Virus record (IMG/VR): IMGVR_UViG_3300016466_000153
Location: 1 to 27,426 of that record
Origin: a virus
Lineage: Duplodnaviria; Caudoviricetes
Length of the DNA stretch: 27,426 nucleotides
Strand: one strand, 5' to 3'
Part shown: positions 24,513 to 27,426 of the stretch, in pieces
Layout: each line of letters starts with the position of its first letter
How positions within the stretch are numbered: position 1 is the stretch's first letter
Made by a program: the position numbers and the translations under genes
The notes under the pieces: generated by a model
The model's input: only the letters and a program-made list of their open reading frames with translations
Database searches by the model: none
Told to the model about the DNA's origin: nothing

Positions 24513-25760
24513 ATGGGAGGAGCAGTAGAAGCTGTAGGTGACATTGTAGGTGATGTATTTGAAGGCGTGGGTGACGTAGTAGGTGATGTATTTGATGCTG
24601 TCGGTGATGCGTTTGAAGCAGTAGGTGATGCTATTGGTGACGTTGGGTCATGGATTGACGATAACGTTCTACAGCCAATGCTAAACGATCCGATTAAAAC
24701 CATAGCCACAATTGCCGCTGTAGCTACAGGTAACCCACAATTAGTCCCTTACATTAACGCTGCTGATGCTGCTGCTAAAGGCGGCAGTATTGAAGACATT
24801 GGTAAAGCGTACGCTATTTCGTACGTTGCAGGTGAAGCTGGTTCTAAAGTTGGTACTGCCGTGGCTGGTGAAACCGGTTCACAAGTAGCAGGCAACATTG
24901 CTAAAGGAACTACCCGTGGTGCTGTTACAGCCGAGTTGTCCGGTGGAGATGCAACCAAAGGTGCTCTACTTGGTGGTGCAGTTGCCGGTGCTGGTGAAGT
25001 AGTTAACGTTGTTAAAGAGGCGTTTAAGGATGAACCTGCTGCCCCGACAATTACATTAGAAGAAGCTAAACCTTTGGGTGGTGGCATTGACCCGACAGTA
25101 CTTAGCCGTCCATCAGGGATTGATCCTTTAAAAACTTCAGGGCAAGGTATATCCTCTCCTTCATTTACTCCAGACACTCCATTTACTGGGGATTACTCAT
25201 TGGTTGCCCCTACGCCAACCCCAACACCTACATTTGCAACAGAGGGAGAGCAGCAGTATGGTGTAGCACCTACCCGACCTACTACTGCAACTGGTGAAAT
25301 TGATTATGGTATTGATTCTGAGAAAGTAGAACTGCTTCCTACTCCAGATAAAGATTTGGATTGGAATGCTGTTGGCAATAAGATCCTTAAAGATGCTCAG
25401 AAGGCTTTGGGTAAAACATTGCTTGAGTCTTTGTTCCCGACACCTACTCCAGCCCCACGTAGAAAAGCAGGGGATGGTACTGCGTCTTATGAACTCGGAG
25501 ATGCAGCCAGTGCTGCCTCGGCTACTGTAGGCTTAGAAGAAGTTGGTGTATCTAAATATGATCTAAAGACGTTTGAGAATGAGCAGGGCAATAGAATTAA
25601 TATTCCGTTTAAAGATGATGAACCACAAATGCCAATCCCATCGGGATACAGCGAAGTGAAGATGGCAAAGGGTGGTCTTGCTAAGAAGCGTAAAACTGTG
25701 GTAAAATCCGCAACTAATATGTCGAAAACCAGAAAGGGGCTGGCGGCACAACTAGCGTAG
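24513..25760 (+). CDS. Gly/Ala-rich putative ejection/pilot protein
   Basis: MGG start, VGD repeats, glycine-zipper segments, P/T linker. Confidence 0.6.
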   Translation: MGGAVEAVGDIVGDVFEGVGDVVGDVFDAVGDAFEAVGDAIGDVGSWIDDNVLQPMLNDPIKTIATIAAVATGNPQLVPYINAADAAAKGGSIEDIGKAYAISYVAGEAGSKVGTAVAGETGSQVAGNIAKGTTRGAVTAELSGGDATKGALLGGAVAGAGEVVNVVKEAFKDEPAAPTITLEEAKPLGGGIDPTVLSRPSGIDPLKTSGQGISSPSFTPDTPFTGDYSLVAPTPTPTPTFATEGEQQYGVAPTRPTTATGEIDYGIDSEKVELLPTPDKDLDWNAVGNKILKDAQKALGKTLLESLFPTPTPAPRRKAGDGTASYELGDAASAASATVGLEEVGVSKYDLKTFENEQGNRINIPFKDDEPQMPIPSGYSEVKMAKGGLAKKRKTVVKSATNMSKTRKGLAAQLA

Positions 25761-25834
25761 TAAATCCCCTTATTGATGGCTACCTGATCCCCCAGTAATA
25801 CTGGCTACGGTTGGCCCCAAACGAAAGGAAAAGC

Positions 25835-26719
25835 ATGAGCGCAGTAGATGAAGTAGTTGTGGATAATACACCTAAAGTTTCGTTAATTAAGAATTCTGGT
25901 TTTGCAAAACGTTCTGCTCTTGATGAAAGAATCGAAAAAGAAGAACAAGAACTCAAAGCACTAACAGAACAAAATGTAGCAGAACCAAAACCTGCAGATG
26001 AAATGGACGAAGAACCAACGTCTGCTGAAGAGAAGAGTTTTAAAAAGCGGTACGGTGATTTGCGTAGGCATTCACAGAAGCAACAGATGGAGTTTCAAAA
26101 GCAGATTGATGAACTCCGTACGCAACTGGAGCAGGCAACTAAGCAACAGATTAAGCTGCCTAAGTCTGAAGAAGAGTTGCAGAAGTGGGCTTCTGAGTAC
26201 CCGGATGTTGCCAAGATTGTAGAAACAATTGCAATCAAAAAGGCAAAAGAGCAAGCTGCCGATATTGAAACCCGGCTAAAGCAAATTGATGAAATGCAGT
26301 TGGACGCATTGAAACAAAAAGCTGAAGCAGAACTCATGCGGCTACACCCTGACTTTGATCAGATTCGTGATCAGGACGAGTTTCATTCTTGGGTGGAAGC
26401 ACAGCCTAAGTGGGTGCAGCAAGCTTTGTATGAGAATGAGACTGACGCTGTATCTGCCGCAAGGGCTATTGACCTTTATAAGGCTGACATGGGAATCCGT
26501 ACGGACAAGAAGTCCCGTAAGGAATCTGAGAAAGAGGCAGCTAAAGGCGTGGCAGTTAGCCGTAATTCTTCCCCGGATAAAGCTGCAGAAGCTGGGGTAT
26601 TGCGGGAGTCTGAAGTAGAAAAGATGTCGGCACGGGAATATGAAGCAAGGCAGGAAGAAATTGTAGCTGCTATCCGTGCTGGCAAGTTTGTTTACGATTT
26701 GACAGGTAACGCAAGATAA
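25835..26719 (+). CDS. Capsid scaffolding protein
   Basis: Coiled-coil, KKRYGDLRRH motif, directly before the capsid gene; AAAGGA RBS at ATG 25835. Confidence 0.75.
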   Translation: MSAVDEVVVDNTPKVSLIKNSGFAKRSALDERIEKEEQELKALTEQNVAEPKPADEMDEEPTSAEEKSFKKRYGDLRRHSQKQQMEFQKQIDELRTQLEQATKQQIKLPKSEEELQKWASEYPDVAKIVETIAIKKAKEQAADIETRLKQIDEMQLDALKQKAEAELMRLHPDFDQIRDQDEFHSWVEAQPKWVQQALYENETDAVSAARAIDLYKADMGIRTDKKSRKESEKEAAKGVAVSRNSSPDKAAEAGVLRESEVEKMSAREYEARQEEIVAAIRAGKFVYDLTGNAR

Positions 26720-26722
26720 TAC

Positions 26723-26750
26723 TTGACATTTTGTAAAATAGTAATATAAC
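26723..26750 (+). promoter_or_regulatory. sigma70-type promoter for the capsid gene
   Basis: TTGACA-16 bp-TATAAC; same ACTTGACA..ATATAACT as at 15084. Confidence 0.6.
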
Positions 26751-26835
26751 TGGGGGAAAAGGGATAAATTCTCTTTTCTCTCAGTAAGTTGCCCCTGCTG
26801 CACAGGTTACCAACTTTTTTAATTAAAACTTGTAA

Positions 26836-26950
26836 CGCATAACAACGAACACAGATACACCTGATTCGTTGATAGCCCGTCTAGGTAAGGAGGCATCCGA
26901 ACCGATGGCGCACCTAGCAACTTCAGCCTCTGTAGGTAGTGTTAAAGCGT
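26836..26950 (+). ncRNA. Candidate structured capsid-leader RNA
   Basis: Nested helices ACGC/GCGT, TAACA/TGTTA, ACAGA/TCTGT, CTGA/TCAG, GTTG/CAAC, CCGTC/GATGG and GGA/TCC. Confidence 0.5.
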
Positions 26951-27022
26951 ATTTAATTTTAGTTACTTTATTGTAACTAGGAATTATTTTAACTTTTACA
27001 TTGTCTTAGGAGGACATACATC

Positions 27023-27426
27023 ATGGCATTTCCCACCGCTGCGGGTTATGGCAATCTACCTAATGGTAACTTTAGCCCCGTAATTTATTCCAAGCAGGTA
27101 CAACTTGCTTTCCGTAAAGCTTCTACTGTTGAAGCTATCACTAACTCTGACTACTTTGGCGAGATCGCTAACTTTGGCGATTCCGTTAAGGTTATCAAAG
27201 AGCCTGAGATCACTGTCAAGAACTATGCTCGTGGCACTCAGATCACTGCACAAGATCTGGATGACGAGGATTTCACCCTTGTCGTTGATCAAGCTAACTA
27301 CTTTGCATTCAAGATCGATGACATCGAAGCTGCTCACAGCCATGTGAACTTCATGTCGCTGGCTTCTGATCGTGCTGCTTATCGTCTTCGTGACCAGTAC
27401 GACCAAGACGTTCTTGGCTATCTCTG
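27023..27426 (+). CDS. Major capsid protein (partial, runs off the window)
   Basis: AGGAGG RBS; MAFPTAAGYGNLPNGNFSPVIYSKQVQLAFRK...GEIANFGDSVKVIKEPEI. Absent from the ORF track because no stop codon lies in the window. Confidence 0.9.
   Translation, partial: MAFPTAAGYGNLPNGNFSPVIYSKQVQLAFRKASTVEAITNSDYFGEIANFGDSVKVIKEPEITVKNYARGTQITAQDLDDEDFTLVVDQANYFAFKIDDIEAAHSHVNFMSLASDRAAYRLRDQYDQDVLGYL

Noticed and set aside
27056-27406. Track ORFs 27056..27406 (-) and 27105..27347 (+)
   Set aside because: They overlap the capsid frame that starts at 27023.

Overview
A 27.4-kb segment of a tailed dsDNA phage. The gene set (tyrosine integrase, split primase and SF4 helicase, TerL, portal, scaffold and capsid) resembles HMO-2011-type podophages; this family call is from recall, not from a search. 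Two arms diverge from a non-coding control region at about 14190-15320. The left arm (minus strand) holds about 30 small early genes, including DUF932, DUF2591 and Gp88-like proteins, followed by integrase, primase, helicase and possibly the first codons of DNA polymerase. The right arm (plus strand) holds Lys-rich small proteins, TerS, TerL, portal, an ART-like multidomain protein, a pilot-like protein, scaffold and the start of the major capsid gene. The most unusual signals are non-coding and lie in the early arm: (i) six co-oriented copies of a 16-22 bp palindrome, TGTCGAA-NN-TTCGACA, three of them inside ORFs; (ii) five sigma54 (-24/-12) promoter matches on the early strand, plus an IHF consensus site; (iii) two related long leader hairpins directly downstream of sigma54 sites; (iv) a dense cluster of GAA-triloop mini-hairpins at 13.3-14.6 kb, many inside a coding sequence. 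In the late arm, an [MFY]xxGG peptide motif recurs in five proteins and sits at domain boundaries. All functional interpretations are inferences. Coordinates were counted by hand.
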